Source: Candidatus Saccharimonadota bacterium
GTDB lineage: Bacteria; Pseudomonadota; Gammaproteobacteria; Enterobacterales; Enterobacteriaceae
NCBI GenBank assembly: GCA_049942775.1
Contig: CP188087.1
Location: forward strand, 30,001 to 62,000
Direction: 5' to 3'
Length of the DNA: 32,000 bases
Within the stretch, counting starts at the first letter, position 1. Each line of letters begins with the position of its first letter. The position numbers and the translations under genes were made by a program. Under the pieces are notes generated by a model. It did not search any database. It was not told the origin of the DNA and was given only the letters and a program-made list of their open reading frames with translations. Of this stretch, positions 1 to 11,985 are shown in pieces.

Positions 1-868
1 CTCCACATGGAATTGAGTGTTTTACAATAGTACAAGCTGGATTTTTAAAATTTTGAACACAATTCCAAGCTATGTCTAAATCAAGAATGTTATTATAAGA
101 TATTTTTTTTCCTTGTATTTGTTTAGATTTTTCAAAAATATTATTTTTATTTTTTTCGTTTATATAAAAAGCTGATTGTTGATGAGGGTTTTCTCCATAT
201 CTTAAATGTATTTTTTTTATTAGATTTATTTTTATTATTTCTGGAAATTTATTTTTTTTTTCAGTTTTTTTTATTTTCTTTAAAAAATATTTAGATATTA
301 CATCATCATAATTTGAAGTATATGAAAAAGCTTTTTGTGCTAATTTTATTCTTTTTTCTAAAGGTATAGATTCTATACCATTTAAATCAATCATTTTGAT
401 AACTTTTGTATAATCTACAGGGGATACTATAACTAATACTTCAGAACAGTTCTTCGCAGCAGCTCTAATAAGAGAAACACCACCTATATCAATGTATTCA
501 CTTAAATTAAAAAAATTGTTTTTCAATGTTTTATATTTTTCTAAAAAAGGATATAAATTTACTATAACTAAATCAATTTTTTTAATTCCATATAGTTTCA
601 TAATATCAGTATCTTTTTTTTGTCTTCCTAAAATTCCTCCAAAAATTTTTGGATGCATGCTTTTTACTCTACCATTCATTATTTCAGGAAATTCAATATA
701 TTCAGATACTGATGTTACTGGAATGTTGTTTTTTTGTAGAATTTTTTTTGTTCCCTCTGTAGCTATAATTTTAATGTTTCTTTTATTGAGGAATTTTGAA
801 AAGTGTATAATACCAGAAGTATTATATACGCTAATCAAAGCTATTTTTGTCTTTTTGTTTTTTTTCAT
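1..868 (-). CDS. purH: Bifunctional AICAR transformylase / IMP cyclohydrolase PurH. This is the N-terminal ~289 codons; the gene continues past the left edge of the window.
   Basis: Manual minus-strand translation from the ATG at 868 is open to position 1. It reads MKKNKKTKIALISVYNTSGI..ATEGTKKIL..FPEIMNGRVKSMHPKIFGGILGR..VIVNLYPF..IDIGGVSLIRAAAKN..RYGENPHQQSAFY..GKKISYNNILD..ACTIVKHSIPCG. These segments match the E. coli PurH motifs MDGRVKTLHP, VVNLYPF, IDIGGPTMVRSAAKN, YGENSHQQAAFY, LSYNNIADTD and VKHANPCG. It is missing from the ORF track because no stop lies inside the window. An in-frame ATG at 895 is an alternative start. Confidence 0.9.
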   Translation of the reverse strand, partial: MKKNKKTKIALISVYNTSGIIHFSKFLNKRNIKIIATEGTKKILQKNNIPVTSVSEYIEFPEIMNGRVKSMHPKIFGGILGRQKKDTDIMKLYGIKKIDLVIVNLYPFLEKYKTLKNNFFNLSEYIDIGGVSLIRAAAKNCSEVLVIVSPVDYTKVIKMIDLNGIESIPLEKRIKLAQKAFSYTSNYDDVISKYFLKKIKKTEKKNKFPEIIKINLIKKIHLRYGENPHQQSAFYINEKNKNNIFEKSKQIQGKKISYNNILDLDIAWNCVQNFKNPACTIVKHSIPCG

Positions 869-998
869 TTTTATTATGATTATTAATATTGTCATTGAAT
901 TATTTTTTATAAACAAAAAAATAATTTTTTATTATTTTATATAAAACAAAAAAATAAATAGTTTATTTTTTATTTTTATTATTGTTTAAATAATATTT

Positions 999-3900
999 TT
1001 ATTTTTTTGAATTTATGTTAGTAGCATTTAGTAACTCTGATAGATTAGCTGATGCTTCTTCGACACTAATTGGATGAGAAAAATTGATTTTATTGTTGAT
1101 TTTTTTTTCATTTATTTTTTTTTGCCGTTTTAATCTTTTTTTATGATATGCATATCCAGTTCCAGCAGGAATTAAACGTCCTACGATGACATTTTCTTTT
1201 AGTCCTTTTAGTTCATCTCTTTTTCCGGCAACAGCAGCTTCTGTTAATATTCTTGTAGTTTCTTGAAAAGAAGCAGCTGATATAAATGAATCTGTTGCTA
1301 GAGACGCTTTAGTGATGCCTAAAAGATCTCTTGAAAATGTTGCAATATTTTTTTTTTGTTCTTCTAAAATTTTGTTAGAAATTTTTATTTTTGAATATTC
1401 TACTTGTTCTCCATCTAAGAAATTCGAATCTCCTTTATTAATTAAAGTAGCTTTTCTTAACATCTGTCTTATTATTACTTCAATATGTTTATCATTAATT
1501 TTTACTCCTTGAAGTCGATATACTTCTTGTACTTCATTGACTATATATTTAGTAACAGCTTGTACTCCTCGTAAACGAAGAATATCGTGAGGAGATTCTG
1601 GTCCGTCTGATATTACATCTCCTTTTTCTACTCTTTCTCCTTCAAATACATTTAATTGTCTCCATTTTTGAATCATTTCTTCATATGGTTCTTCACTAGA
1701 ATTTTGTGAAGATATTATTAGTCTTTTTTTTCCTTTTGTTTCTTTACCAAACGAAATTATTCCACTTACTTCTGCTAGAATTGCTGATTCTTTTGGTTTT
1801 CTAGCTTCAAACAAATCAGCTACTCTAGGTAATCCTCCTGTAATATCTTTTGTTCCTCCTGACTCTTGTGGAATTCTTGCTAAAGTATCTCCTGGAAAGA
1901 TTTTTCTGAAATTTTCTATTTGTACAATACTTTTTCCAGGTAAAAAGTATTGTGCTGGAACTTCTGTACCTGGTATTAAAACATTTTGATTTTTTGAATC
2001 AATGATTTTTAAAGCTGGTCTTAAATCTTTTCCTATATTTGTTCTTTCAGAAGTATCTAATATAATTATAGATGTTAAACCAGTTAGTTCATCGGTTTGT
2101 CTAATAATACTTTGTCCATCTATCATATCAATAAACTTTACAAAGCCTCCTACTTCAGTTATAACTGGCATAGTATGAGGATCCCATTGAGCAATTATGT
2201 CTCCTATATTAACAATTTCTTCATTTCTTTTATTCATTATCGAACCATAAGGAATTTTATAACTTTCTTTTGTTCTTCCATATTTATCAATAATACGTAA
2301 TTCAACATTTCTAGAAATAATAACTAATTTTCCATTAGAATTTTGTACTGTTTTAGAATTTTTTAATTTTATTTTTCCTTTATTTTTTACTTGAATACAT
2401 GATTCTGTTGCTGCTCTTGATGCAGCTCCACCAATATGGAATGTTCTCATAGTTAATTGAGTACCTGGTTCTCCTATAGATTGCGCGGCAATAACACCTA
2501 CGGCTTCTCCTCTATTCACAATTTTTCCTCTTGCCAGATCTCTTCCATAACAATATGAACATACTCCGAAATTTGTTTCACAATTAACGACTGATCTAAC
2601 TTTTACATTATCTATTGAGAATTTTTCCAATAAATCACACCATTTTTCATCAAGTAATGTGTTTTTTGGAACTAAAATTTTATTATAAAAGCTATTTTCG
2701 AATATATTTTCAGCAGTTACTCGTCCTAAGACTCTTTCTCTTAAATCTTCTTTAATATCTCCTCTCTCGATGAGAGAAGTCATTGTTATTCCTTCTGTTG
2801 TTTTACAATCTTTTTCTGTTACTACTAAATCTTGAGCTACATCAACTAATCTTCTTGTTAGATATCCTGAGTTTGCTGTTTTTAGTGCCGTATCAGCTAA
2901 ACCCTTTCTTGCTCCATGAGTAGATATAAAATATTGTAATATATTTAATCCTTCTCTAAAATTAGCAGTAATTGGTGTTTCAATAATCGATCCGTCTGGT
3001 TTAGCCATTAATCCTCTCATTCCAGCAAGTTGTCTAATTTGTGCCGCAGAACCTCTTGCTCCTGAATCAGCCATCATAAATATATTATTAAATGATTTTT
3101 GTTTTTTTTCTATTCCGAAATTATCAATTATTTTTTCTGTAGATAAATTTTCCATCATAGCAGTAGCAACTCTTTCGTTAGCAGCTGCCCAAATATCAAT
3201 AACTTTATTGTATCTTTCTCCAGATGTAACTAATCCAGACTGAAATTGTTCTTGTATTTCAACAACTTCGTTTTCTGCTTCCATAATTATTTCTGATTTT
3301 TTTTTTGGAATAACCATATCGTCAATTCCTACAGATGCGCCAGAACGTGCTGCGTAGGAAAATCCTGTATACATGATTTGGTCGGCTAATGTAACAGTTT
3401 CTTTAATTCCTAAAATTTGATAGCAAGTATGTAATATTTTTGAAATGGTTTTTTTTACTAGTACTTTATTTATTGTAGAATATGGCAATCCTTTTGGAAT
3501 TATCATCCATAGAATGGTTCTTCCAACAGTAGTTTTTACTATTTTATCTTTTTTAAAATAATCATTTTTTTCGTTCTTTTCGTATTCAGATATTTTAACT
3601 ATTATTTTTGAATGTAAATCTACAAATCCTAAATGATAAGCTTTTTCCGCTTCTTCTGGAGCACTAAACATCATTCCTTCTCCTTTTCCATTGATTTTAG
3701 ATCGAGTCATGTAATATAATCCTAATACAACATCTTGAGATGGAACAATGATCGGTTCTCCATTGGCAGGTGATAAAATGTTATTTGTAGACATCATTAA
3801 AGCTTTAGATTCTAGTTGTGCTTCTAAAGTTAGAGGAATATGAACGGCCATTTGATCTCCATCAAAATCGGCGTTATATGCAGCACATACTAATGGATGT

Positions 3901-5246
3901 AGTTGTATTGCTTTTCCTTCAATTAAAATAGGTTCGAATGCTTGAATTCCTAATCTATGCAAAGTAGGTGCTCGATTTAAGAGTACAGGATGTTCTTTAA
4001 TCACTTCATCTAAAATATCCCAAACTACCGACTCCTCTTTCTCAACCATTTTCTTAGCAGATTTAATCGTTGTTGCTAATCCTCTGACTTCTAATTTTCC
4101 ATATATAAATGGTTTAAATAATTCTAAGGCCATTTTTTTAGGTAATCCACATTGATGCAATCTTAGATATGGACCTACAGTTATTACAGATCTTCCAGAA
4201 TAATCAACTCTTTTTCCTAAAAGATTTTGTCGAAATCTACCTTGTTTCCCTTTTATCATATCTGATAAAGATTTTAGTGGTCTTTTATTAGATCCAGTTA
4301 TTGCTCTTCCTCTTCTTCCATTGTCAAGTAGAGCATCTACTGATTCTTGAAGCATCCTTTTTTCATTTCTAACAATTATATCGGGAGCTGACAAATCTAA
4401 TAATCTTTTTAGTCTGTTATTTCTATTAATAACTCTTCTATATAAATCGTTTAAATCAGAAGTTGCAAATCGACCACCATCTAATGGAACTAATGGTCTT
4501 AAATCAGGTGGTAAAACCGGTAATACTGTAAGTATCATCCATTCTGGTTTGTTATTTGATTGTATAAAAGATTCTAATAATTTTATTCTTTTGGTTAGCT
4601 TTTTTTTCTTAGTTTCTGAATGAGTTTCATTAATTATATTTCTTAAATTTTTGCATTCTTTTTTTAAATGTATTTTTTTTAGTAATAATTGGATAGCTTC
4701 TGCACCCATTTTAGCTTCAAATTCATCTCCGAATTCTTCTAAAGAATCTAAATATTGTTCTTCAGTTAAAATTTGTCCTACATTTAAATTTGTCATTCCT
4801 TCATCTATTACCACATAAGATTCAAAATATAATACTCTTTCAATGTCTCTCAGAGGCATGTCTAGAAGTAGTCCTATTCTTGACGGTAAGGATTTTAAAA
4901 ACCAAATATGAGCTGTTGGAGAAGATAATTCTATATGACCCATTCTATCTCTTCTTACTTTGCTTTGTGTCACTTCAACACCACATTTTTCGCAAATTAC
5001 TCCTCGATGTTTTAGTCTTTTATATTTTCCGCATAGACATTCATAATCTTTGATTGGTCCAAATATACGAGCACAGAATAATCCATCTCTTTCTGGTTTA
5101 AAAGTTCTATAATTAATTGTTTCTGGTTTTTTTACTTCTCCATAAGACCAAGAACGAATCATGTCTGGAGATGCTAATTCAATTTTTATTGCATCAAATT
5201 CTTCTTTTTTAGTTTGTAATTTTAAAAATTTAAGTAAATCTTTCAC
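999..5246 (-). CDS. rpoC: DNA-directed RNA polymerase beta-prime subunit (1415 aa)
   Basis: Near-colinear identity to E. coli RpoC from [27 protein letters not shown] through [12 protein letters not shown] to the GTGYAYH C-terminus. The start codon is GTG (plus-strand cac at 5244-5246), as in E. coli rpoC. Confidence 0.98.
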   Translation of the reverse strand: MKDLLKFLKLQTKKEEFDAIKIELASPDMIRSWSYGEVKKPETINYRTFKPERDGLFCARIFGPIKDYECLCGKYKRLKHRGVICEKCGVEVTQSKVRRDRMGHIELSSPTAHIWFLKSLPSRIGLLLDMPLRDIERVLYFESYVVIDEGMTNLNVGQILTEEQYLDSLEEFGDEFEAKMGAEAIQLLLKKIHLKKECKNLRNIINETHSETKKKKLTKRIKLLESFIQSNNKPEWMILTVLPVLPPDLRPLVPLDGGRFATSDLNDLYRRVINRNNRLKRLLDLSAPDIIVRNEKRMLQESVDALLDNGRRGRAITGSNKRPLKSLSDMIKGKQGRFRQNLLGKRVDYSGRSVITVGPYLRLHQCGLPKKMALELFKPFIYGKLEVRGLATTIKSAKKMVEKEESVVWDILDEVIKEHPVLLNRAPTLHRLGIQAFEPILIEGKAIQLHPLVCAAYNADFDGDQMAVHIPLTLEAQLESKALMMSTNNILSPANGEPIIVPSQDVVLGLYYMTRSKINGKGEGMMFSAPEEAEKAYHLGFVDLHSKIIVKISEYEKNEKNDYFKKDKIVKTTVGRTILWMIIPKGLPYSTINKVLVKKTISKILHTCYQILGIKETVTLADQIMYTGFSYAARSGASVGIDDMVIPKKKSEIIMEAENEVVEIQEQFQSGLVTSGERYNKVIDIWAAANERVATAMMENLSTEKIIDNFGIEKKQKSFNNIFMMADSGARGSAAQIRQLAGMRGLMAKPDGSIIETPITANFREGLNILQYFISTHGARKGLADTALKTANSGYLTRRLVDVAQDLVVTEKDCKTTEGITMTSLIERGDIKEDLRERVLGRVTAENIFENSFYNKILVPKNTLLDEKWCDLLEKFSIDNVKVRSVVNCETNFGVCSYCYGRDLARGKIVNRGEAVGVIAAQSIGEPGTQLTMRTFHIGGAASRAATESCIQVKNKGKIKLKNSKTVQNSNGKLVIISRNVELRIIDKYGRTKESYKIPYGSIMNKRNEEIVNIGDIIAQWDPHTMPVITEVGGFVKFIDMIDGQSIIRQTDELTGLTSIIILDTSERTNIGKDLRPALKIIDSKNQNVLIPGTEVPAQYFLPGKSIVQIENFRKIFPGDTLARIPQESGGTKDITGGLPRVADLFEARKPKESAILAEVSGIISFGKETKGKKRLIISSQNSSEEPYEEMIQKWRQLNVFEGERVEKGDVISDGPESPHDILRLRGVQAVTKYIVNEVQEVYRLQGVKINDKHIEVIIRQMLRKATLINKGDSNFLDGEQVEYSKIKISNKILEEQKKNIATFSRDLLGITKASLATDSFISAASFQETTRILTEAAVAGKRDELKGLKENVIVGRLIPAGTGYAYHKKRLKRQKKINEKKINNKINFSHPISVEEASANLSELLNATNINSKK

Positions 5247-5345
5247 TGATTAGTTTCCATTTTAGTACAATTATATTAAGAATTTAGTCGTTATATTTGT
5301 TTAAATAATAAAAAATTATTTTTTCATTTTATAAAAGATAAATAT

Positions 5346-8300
5346 TTATTCATCTTCTAGTTCTATGTTTATTCCTAAAGATCTTATTTCTTTTAAAAGA
5401 ACGTTAAAAGATTCAGGCATTCCAGGTTCCATTTGGTGATTTCCGTCTACAATATTTTTATACATTTTTGTTCTTCCATTAACGTCATCAGATTTTACTG
5501 TTAACATTTCTTGTAGAGTGTAGGAAGCACCGTAAGCTTCTAATGCCCATACTTCCATTTCCCCGAATCTTTGACCACCAAATTGAGCTTTACCACCGAG
5601 TGGTTGTTGAGTTATTAAACTATAAGAACCAGTAGAACGAGCATGCATTTTATCATCTACCAAATGATTTAGTTTTAACATGTACATGTATCCAACTGTT
5701 ACTGGTCTTTCAAATTTTTCTCCTGTTCTACCATCAAATAATGTAATTTGACCAGAAGCAGGTAGTTCTGCTAGTTTTAATAGTTGTTTTATTTCATTTT
5801 CTTGAGCTCCATCAAATACTGGAGTAGCTATTGGAAGTCCTTTTTTTAAATTATTTGCAAGATTTAATACTTCTTTATCAGAAAAATTATTTAGATTTAT
5901 TTTTTGACGTAAATTATTGCCAATATCATAAGAACTTTGAATAAATTTACGTAATTTAGTTATTTGAATATTATTTTTTAACATCCATTTAATTTTGTCT
6001 CCTATCCCTTTTGCTGCCATCCCTAAATGAGTTTCTAATATTTGACCAATGTTCATTCTAGATGGAACTCCCAAAGGATTTAGAACAATATCTATTACAT
6101 TTCCGTTTTCGTCATACGGCATGTCTTCTATTGGATTAATTTTTGATATTACTCCTTTATTTCCATGCCTTCCTGCCATTTTATCTCCAGTTTGAACTTG
6201 TCGTTTAACAGCTAGATAAACTTTTACTATTTTTAATATTCCAGGAGCTAATTCATCACCTTGAGTTATTTTTGTTCTTTTTATTTTGATTTTTTTTTCA
6301 CATTCGTTTTTTATTTTTTTATATTGTTCTAATAATTGAAATATTTTTTTTTGATTTTTTTTGTCTGTAATTGGTATCGAAAACCATTTTTCTTTCGGTT
6401 TATTTATAAAATCTATTTCTTGTATACCTATTTTAGTAAATAAACTTTTCATTCTTATAAAAATAGCTTCTTCTAATATTTTTAGTTCTTCCGTTATATC
6501 TTTTTTTGTTTGTTGGATTTGCATTTCTTGGATTTGAAGAGTTCTTTTGTCCTTTTTTACTCCATCTCTTGTAAAAATTTGCACATCGATCACAGTTCCA
6601 AAAACTCCATTAGGAACTCTTAAAGAAGAATCTTTAACATCTGATGCTTTTTCTCCAAATATAGCTCTTAATAATTTTTCTTCAGGAGTAAGTTGAGTTT
6701 CTCCTTTTGGAGTTACTTTACCTACTAGAATATCTCCTCCAATTACTTCGGCTCCAATGTAAACAATTCCTGATTCATCTAGTTTAGATAAAGCATGTTC
6801 TCCTACATTAGGAATGTCTGACGTTATTTCTTCAATTCCTAATTTAGTATCTCTTGCAATGCAAGATAACTCTTGAATATGTATTGTAGTAAAACGATCT
6901 TTTTGAACTATTTTTTCAGATATTAAAATTGAATCTTCAAAATTGTATCCATTCCATGGCATAAATGCTACTCTCATATTTTGTCCTAGAGAGAGTTCTC
7001 CTAAATCAGTAGACGAACCGTCTGCTAAAACATCTCCTTTTTTTATGATTTCTCCATTTTTGACACAAGGCTTTTGATTAATACAGGTATTTTGATTAGA
7101 TCGAGTATATTTTGTTAAGTGATAGATATCAATTCCGGATTCATTAAGATTTGTTTCTAAATCGTTTGCTTTTACTACGATTTTAGACGAATCTACAAAT
7201 TGAATTATTCCACTTCTTTTTGCAACTACTGCTATTCCTGAGTCAACTGCTACTACTCTTTCCATTCCTGTTCCAACCAAAGGTTTTTCTGCTTTTAAGG
7301 TAGGTACGGCTTGTCTTTGCATATTAGCACCCATTAAAGCCCTATTAGCGTCGTCGTGTTCTAAAAATGGTATTAAAGAAGCACCTACTGAAACTATCTG
7401 TTGGTTAGAAACATCCATATAATTGATTTTAGTGCATTCGAATAAACCTGATTCTCCTTTGTATCTACATGTAACTAATTCTTCTAAAATTTTTCCGTTT
7501 TTATCAAAATTGGTGTTAGCTTGTGCAATTATAAAATTTCCTTCTTCAATTGCAGACAGATAATCTATTTGTTTCGTTACTACACCATTCGAAATTTTTA
7601 TATAAGGAGTTTCTAAAAAACCGTAGTCGTTTGTTTTTGCATATACTGATAAAGAGTTTATTAATCCTATATTAGGACCTTCTGGTGTTTCTATTGGACA
7701 AACTCTTCCATAATGTGTGGGATGTACGTCTCTTACTTCAAATCCAGCTCTTTCTCTGGTTAATCCTCCTGAACCTAAAGCTGAAATTCTTCTCTTATGG
7801 GTGATTTCTGAAAGTGGATTATTTTGATCCATGAATTGAGATAGTTGACTTGATCCAAAAAATTCTTTAATAGTTGCAGAAATAGGTTTAGCATTGATTA
7901 TATCTTGAGGCATTAAAGTATCCAAATCACCAACAGACAGTCTTTCTTTCACTGACCTCTCAACTCTGATTAACCCTAATCTGAATTGATTTTCTACCAT
8001 TTCTCCAACAGAACGAATTCGTCTATTTCCTAAATGATCAATATCATCTATTTCTCCTTTTCCATTTCTAATCGATATTAGTTTTTTAATTACTTGAACT
8101 ATATCAGCTTTACTTAAAACGTTATCTCCTTCTACATTTTTTCTTAATAAAGAACGATTAAATTTCATTCTTCCAACGGAAGATAAATCGTATTTTTCTT
8201 CAGTAAAAAATAAATTTTGAAACAATTGTTCAGCAGCTTCTTTTGTTGGAGGTTCTCCAGGTCTCATCATTCGATAGATTTCTACTAATGCACTGAGTTT

Positions 8301-9377
8301 GTCTTGACTAGGATCAATTCTTAACGTTTCAGAGATGTATGAACCGTGATCTAAATCATTTGTAAAAATTGTTTCAATTTTTTTATGATTGGATTTAAAA
8401 AGTTTTTGAATTAGTTCTATTGATAAAACACTATTAGCTTTAACGATGATTTCCTTTGAAGTTGGATCTAAATAATTTTTAGAAACAACTCTTCCGATTA
8501 AATATTCAATTGGAACATTAACAACATGAATTTTATTTTTTTTAAGTTTATGGATGTGTTTAGCAGTAATTCTCCTACCTTTTTCTACGTATGTTTTTGA
8601 GTTTTTTTTAATATCAAAAGAAGCAGTTTCTCCTCTTAATCGTTCTGGAATTAATTCCATTGATATATTATTTATGTTAGATATATCATAATTAGTTTTT
8701 TCAAAAAAATCATTTAGAATATCTTCGTTGTTGTAGTTTAGTGCTTTTAATAATATTGTAGCAGGAAGTTTTCTTCTTCTATCAATTCTAACAAACAAAT
8801 AATCTTTTGGATCGAATTCAAAGTCTATCCAAGATCCTCTATAAGGAATGATTCTTGCGTTGTATAATACTTTTCCTGAAGTATGTGTTTTTCCTTTATC
8901 GCTATCAAAAAATACTCCTGGACTTCTATGTAATTGAGAAACTACTACTCTTTCTGTTCCATTAACAACAAATGTTCCATTTTCTGTCATTAAAGGTATT
9001 TCTCCCATATATACTTCTTGTTCTTTAATATCTCTAACTGTAGAATTTAAAGCTTCTCTTTCATATATAAGCAATCTTAATTTAACACGTAATGGAGCTG
9101 AAAAAGTTGCTCCTCTTATTTGACATTCTTTTACTTCAAATATTGATTTTCCTAAAGTATAATCAACAAATTGTAATTCTGCATTACCACTATAACTTTT
9201 AATAGGAAAGATTGATTTAAAAGCAGATTCTAATCCAGAGTTTTTATTTTTTGTTTTTTTTATAAATTTTTTATACGAATCTAATTGAATAGATAACAAA
9301 TATGGTAATTCTAAAACTTTAGGACGTTTTCCAAAATCTTTTCGAATTCTTTTTTTTTCGGTGTTGGAGTAAATCAT
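5346..9377 (-). CDS. rpoB: DNA-directed RNA polymerase beta subunit (about 1343 aa)
   Basis: The ORF-track protein matches E. coli RpoB throughout. The E. coli N-terminus [17 protein letters not shown] aligns with [17 protein letters not shown], so the ATG at 9377 is preferred over the track start at 9395. The protein ends INIELEDE then TAA. Confidence 0.97.
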   Translation of the reverse strand: MIYSNTEKKRIRKDFGKRPKVLELPYLLSIQLDSYKKFIKKTKNKNSGLESAFKSIFPIKSYSGNAELQFVDYTLGKSIFEVKECQIRGATFSAPLRVKLRLLIYEREALNSTVRDIKEQEVYMGEIPLMTENGTFVVNGTERVVVSQLHRSPGVFFDSDKGKTHTSGKVLYNARIIPYRGSWIDFEFDPKDYLFVRIDRRRKLPATILLKALNYNNEDILNDFFEKTNYDISNINNISMELIPERLRGETASFDIKKNSKTYVEKGRRITAKHIHKLKKNKIHVVNVPIEYLIGRVVSKNYLDPTSKEIIVKANSVLSIELIQKLFKSNHKKIETIFTNDLDHGSYISETLRIDPSQDKLSALVEIYRMMRPGEPPTKEAAEQLFQNLFFTEEKYDLSSVGRMKFNRSLLRKNVEGDNVLSKADIVQVIKKLISIRNGKGEIDDIDHLGNRRIRSVGEMVENQFRLGLIRVERSVKERLSVGDLDTLMPQDIINAKPISATIKEFFGSSQLSQFMDQNNPLSEITHKRRISALGSGGLTRERAGFEVRDVHPTHYGRVCPIETPEGPNIGLINSLSVYAKTNDYGFLETPYIKISNGVVTKQIDYLSAIEEGNFIIAQANTNFDKNGKILEELVTCRYKGESGLFECTKINYMDVSNQQIVSVGASLIPFLEHDDANRALMGANMQRQAVPTLKAEKPLVGTGMERVVAVDSGIAVVAKRSGIIQFVDSSKIVVKANDLETNLNESGIDIYHLTKYTRSNQNTCINQKPCVKNGEIIKKGDVLADGSSTDLGELSLGQNMRVAFMPWNGYNFEDSILISEKIVQKDRFTTIHIQELSCIARDTKLGIEEITSDIPNVGEHALSKLDESGIVYIGAEVIGGDILVGKVTPKGETQLTPEEKLLRAIFGEKASDVKDSSLRVPNGVFGTVIDVQIFTRDGVKKDKRTLQIQEMQIQQTKKDITEELKILEEAIFIRMKSLFTKIGIQEIDFINKPKEKWFSIPITDKKNQKKIFQLLEQYKKIKNECEKKIKIKRTKITQGDELAPGILKIVKVYLAVKRQVQTGDKMAGRHGNKGVISKINPIEDMPYDENGNVIDIVLNPLGVPSRMNIGQILETHLGMAAKGIGDKIKWMLKNNIQITKLRKFIQSSYDIGNNLRQKINLNNFSDKEVLNLANNLKKGLPIATPVFDGAQENEIKQLLKLAELPASGQITLFDGRTGEKFERPVTVGYMYMLKLNHLVDDKMHARSTGSYSLITQQPLGGKAQFGGQRFGEMEVWALEAYGASYTLQEMLTVKSDDVNGRTKMYKNIVDGNHQMEPGMPESFNVLLKEIRSLGINIELEDE

Positions 9378-9539
9378 AAGATTCTCAATAAGCACGAAGA
9401 AAAAATGTGTTCTTCAATAAGTTTATAGAATATGCTACAAATTATATGAATTGTTTGATATTTTTTTAAGTTTAATGATTTTTTTGTAGCATTATTGTGA
9501 GAAGAAATATTTTTTTAATTGAAAAATTAAAAAATTTTT

Positions 9540-9580
9540 AAAACAAATTTATCAAGGCTGGTATAGAATTTTTACCAGCC
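9540..9580 (-). terminator. GC-containing hairpin in the rplL-rpoB spacer; candidate partial terminator (attenuator) or RNA-processing stem
   Basis: ggctggta (9556-9563) pairs perfectly with taccagcc (9573-9580) around a 9-nt loop. On the minus strand the stem is followed by TTGATAAATTTGTTTT. E. coli has a known attenuator and RNase III site in this same spacer. The U-tract is not immediately adjacent to the stem, so termination is probably weak. Confidence 0.4.
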
Positions 9581-9622
9581 ACAAAAGATCTACATAAAAG
9601 AAGAAATTAATAAATATAAAAA

Positions 9623-9991
9623 TTATTGAATTTCTACTTCTGCACCAGCAGATTGCAATGTTTGTTTCAAAGATTCTGCATCAGATTTGTTGATTTTTTC
9701 TTTTATTAAGGTAGGAGTAGATTCAACTAAATCTTTGGATTCTTTCAATCCTAATCCAGTAGCACTACGAACTGCTTTAATTACAGAAATTTTATTTTTT
9801 CCTATTTTTTTTAGTAATATGTTAAATTCTGTTTTCTCTTCTTTTTTTTCTTCTTTTTGTTGTGCAATAGTATTTAAAGGTACAATAGAAGATACTTTAA
9901 ATTTTTTTTCCATTTCAGATACTAGTTCTGTAATATTCATTACAGACATTTTTGATATTGTTTCAATTATTTGTTCTTTAGTGATAGTCAT
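9623..9991 (-). CDS. rplL: 50S ribosomal protein L7/L12
   Basis: [62 protein letters not shown] matches E. coli RplL. ATG at 9991. Confidence 0.97.
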   Translation of the reverse strand: MTITKEQIIETISKMSVMNITELVSEMEKKFKVSSIVPLNTIAQQKEEKKEEKTEFNILLKKIGKNKISVIKAVRSATGLGLKESKDLVESTPTLIKEKINKSDAESLKQTLQSAGAEVEIQ

Positions 9992-10043
9992 AATAATTTT
10001 TCCTATAAAAATTGAGAAAATATTCTTTTGTATATTCTTTTTT

Positions 10044-10538
10044 TTATTTAGATTTTTTTAAAATTATATTTTTTAATGTTCGTATTAATTTTCCAATTGA
10101 AGATTCTTTCATTGTTGACAACAATTGTATAATTGATTCTTTATAAGTAGGAATTTTTGATAATTTTTCAATTTGACTTAATGTTAATATTTTTTTTTCA
10201 AATACTGCGTTAGTAATTTTGAAGTTATTATTTTTTTTGGCAAAATTTATAAGTAATTTAGCTGCACTACCAGGATGTTCCATAGAACAAGCAATTAATA
10301 TAGGTCCAGAAACAAATTTTTGTAAACATTCGTAATCAGTATTCTTAATTGCTATATTAAATAATGTATTTCTAATTATTTTTATAATCACACCGGATTT
10401 TCTAGCTATTTTCCTTAATTCGTTTAATTCATTAGATTTAATATATTTTGTTTGTGCTAAAACGATGGATATTGATTTTTTGGTTATTTCATGAATATTA
10501 GAAATGATTATTTTTTTTTCTTTAGTTTTTAATACCAT
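10044..10538 (-). CDS. rplJ: 50S ribosomal protein L10
   Basis: Aligns with E. coli RplJ (..ELRK..R..GV...V.RNTL..A......ECL....GP.LIA.SMEHPG.AA.L...FAK..). An AGGAG Shine-Dalgarno (plus-strand ctcct 10549-10553) lies 10 nt upstream of the ATG at 10538. Confidence 0.95.
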   Translation of the reverse strand: MVLKTKEKKIIISNIHEITKKSISIVLAQTKYIKSNELNELRKIARKSGVIIKIIRNTLFNIAIKNTDYECLQKFVSGPILIACSMEHPGSAAKLLINFAKKNNNFKITNAVFEKKILTLSQIEKLSKIPTYKESIIQLLSTMKESSIGKLIRTLKNIILKKSK

Positions 10539-10550
10539 TTTGTTAGTGCT

Positions 10551-10606
10551 CCTGAATTTTAGAATTAATTTTTCTTAAATTATAATAATAATTTCTAAAA
10601 ATTCGG
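10551..10606 (-). promoter_or_regulatory. Inverted repeat in the rplJ 5' leader whose 3' arm overlaps the Shine-Dalgarno; candidate translational control structure
   Basis: In the minus-strand RNA, CCGAAUUUUUAGAA (plus 10593-10606) can pair with UUCUAAAAUUCAGG (plus 10551-10564). That gives 13 bp with two single-nucleotide bulges, 4 G-C pairs and a 28-nt loop. The 3' arm ends in the AGG of the AGGAG SD. In E. coli, rplJL is autoregulated by L10-(L7/L12) binding to the leader. Confidence 0.3.
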
Positions 10607-10762
10607 TAAATATAAAGCATTTAAAAAAAATTAAAAAATAATTTTTTTTTTTAAATATTTTTAACAAAGATTATTATTAGTATTGAGACGAATCAAAATT
10701 TTATTCAAGTTTTTTCATATACATATTAAGATTATCTTAATTTTATATTTTTTATTATTTTT

Positions 10763-11449
10763 TTAAAGTATATAATCAATAGTGATTGCAGGTCCCATAG
10801 TAGTAGAAAAGAATACTTTTTTTATAAATATTCCTTTAGAAGTAGTAGGTTTTGATCTTTTTACAGATTCTAGTAATGTTGTAAAGTTGTTTTTTAGATT
10901 TTTAGTTGGAAAATCAATTTTTCCAATTGTTGTATGCAAAATTCCATTTTTTTCATTCTTATACCTAATTTGTCCATTTTTAAAATTTTTTATTGATTTT
11001 TCTAAGTTCTCTGTAACTGTTCCTAGCTTTGGGTTTGGCATTAATCCTCTTGGTCCAAGAATAGAACTTATTTTACTTACAATATGCATTGTATCTGGTG
11101 ATGAAATAACTATATCAAATTTTATTTTTTTGTCTTTAATGTTTTTTACAAGCTCTTCTGTTCCAACAAAATCTGCTCCATTTTTTTTTGCAATGAAAGC
11201 ATTTTCTCCTTGCGAGAACACAGCAATTTTTATTTTTTTTCCAGTACCATGTGGTAAAATTGTTGTTCCTCGTATGTTTTGATCTGATTTTTTTGGATCA
11301 ATACCTAATTGTAAAATTACATCAAAACTTTCTATAAATTTAACTAAAGATATTTTTTTGAGAAGTTTAATTCCTTCTTCAACTTTATATTTTCTTTTCA
11401 AATCAATTTTTTTTAAAAATTTAGTTTTTCTTTTACTATTTTTTTTCAT
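10763..11449 (-). CDS. rplA: 50S ribosomal protein L1
   Basis: Matches E. coli RplA motifs: KSDQN.RG...LPHGTG, LGPRGLMPNPK.GTVT, G.IRY.N.KNGI.HTTIGK.DF, IKK...STTMG. Confidence 0.96.
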   Translation of the reverse strand: MKKNSKRKTKFLKKIDLKRKYKVEEGIKLLKKISLVKFIESFDVILQLGIDPKKSDQNIRGTTILPHGTGKKIKIAVFSQGENAFIAKKNGADFVGTEELVKNIKDKKIKFDIVISSPDTMHIVSKISSILGPRGLMPNPKLGTVTENLEKSIKNFKNGQIRYKNEKNGILHTTIGKIDFPTKNLKNNFTTLLESVKRSKPTTSKGIFIKKVFFSTTMGPAITIDYIL

Positions 11450-11460
11450 ATTTTTAAAAT

Positions 11461-11886
11461 TTAATCCTTAATTATTATTCCCATTGATTTAGCAGTTCCT
11501 TCTATAGATTTCATCATCTTTTTTATATTTTTTCCTGTCATATCTTTGGATTTTAAAATAGCAATTTCTTCTAGTTGAAGTTTATTTATTTGACCTACCG
11601 AATCCTTTTTAGTAGTTTTAGATCCCGATTTAATTCCAACTATTTTTTTTAATAGAATTGATGCAGGTGGAGTTTTAGTAATAAAAGTAAAACTTTTGTC
11701 AGAATATACAGTAATTATAACTGGAATTGGTAATCCTTTATCTAAAGATTCTGTTTTTTTATTAAAAGATTTACAAAATTCCATTATATTTAAACCCTTT
11801 TGACCCAATGCAGGACCAATTGGAGGACTAGGAGTGGCATTTCCTGCAGGTACTTGTAATTTTATGTAGGAATCTATTTTTTTCAT
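11461..11886 (-). CDS. rplK: 50S ribosomal protein L11
   Basis: [62 protein letters not shown] matches E. coli RplK. Confidence 0.97.
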   Translation of the reverse strand: MKKIDSYIKLQVPAGNATPSPPIGPALGQKGLNIMEFCKSFNKKTESLDKGLPIPVIITVYSDKSFTFITKTPPASILLKKIVGIKSGSKTTKKDSVGQINKLQLEEIAILKSKDMTGKNIKKMMKSIEGTAKSMGIIIKD

Positions 11887-11985
11887 TTTTTATCTTTAAT
11901 TTAGAATTATAAATTTATTTTGAAATAGAAAGATTTATTTATTTTAAATAATAATTTAAATTTTTCTTTATTTAAAGAATAGAGT

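Noticed and set aside
492-944. A 150-aa plus-strand ORF from the track at the left end of the window.
   Set aside because: It is antisense to a clearly conserved purH reading frame (1-868, minus strand). The translated sequence is hydrophobic low-complexity typical of shadow ORFs.
949-971. An all-A/T hairpin, AAAAAATAAA-TAG-TTTATTTTTT, downstream of rpoC; a possible rpoC terminator.
   Set aside because: The stem contains no G-C pair, and similar A/T palindromes occur by chance throughout this composition. It cannot be told apart from background without folding statistics or 3'-end data.
9378-9395. N-terminal extensions implied by the ORF-track starts: rpoB 9395, argH 19048 (TTG), rpoD 22672 and tsaD 24996 (GTG).
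   Set aside because: Alignment with the E. coli N-termini ([36 protein letters not shown]) places the true starts at internal ATGs: 9377, 19054, 22657 and 25032. The extensions are not conserved, and the tsaD extension lies inside the tandem repeat.
9687-11282. Plus-strand ORFs 9687-10061 (124 aa) and 10782-11282 (166 aa), together with the shorter track ORFs at 1312, 2097, 4790, 12257, 14059, 16824, 17334, 23089, 23328, 25384, 25478, 25996, 26434, 28292, 28592, 29908 and 30397.
   Set aside because: All of them lie antisense to, or out of frame within, strongly conserved genes (rplL/rplJ, rplA, rpoC, nusG, metF, argC/argB, dnaG, tsaD, ribB, crr, ptsI). Their products are low-complexity and resemble no family I recognise.
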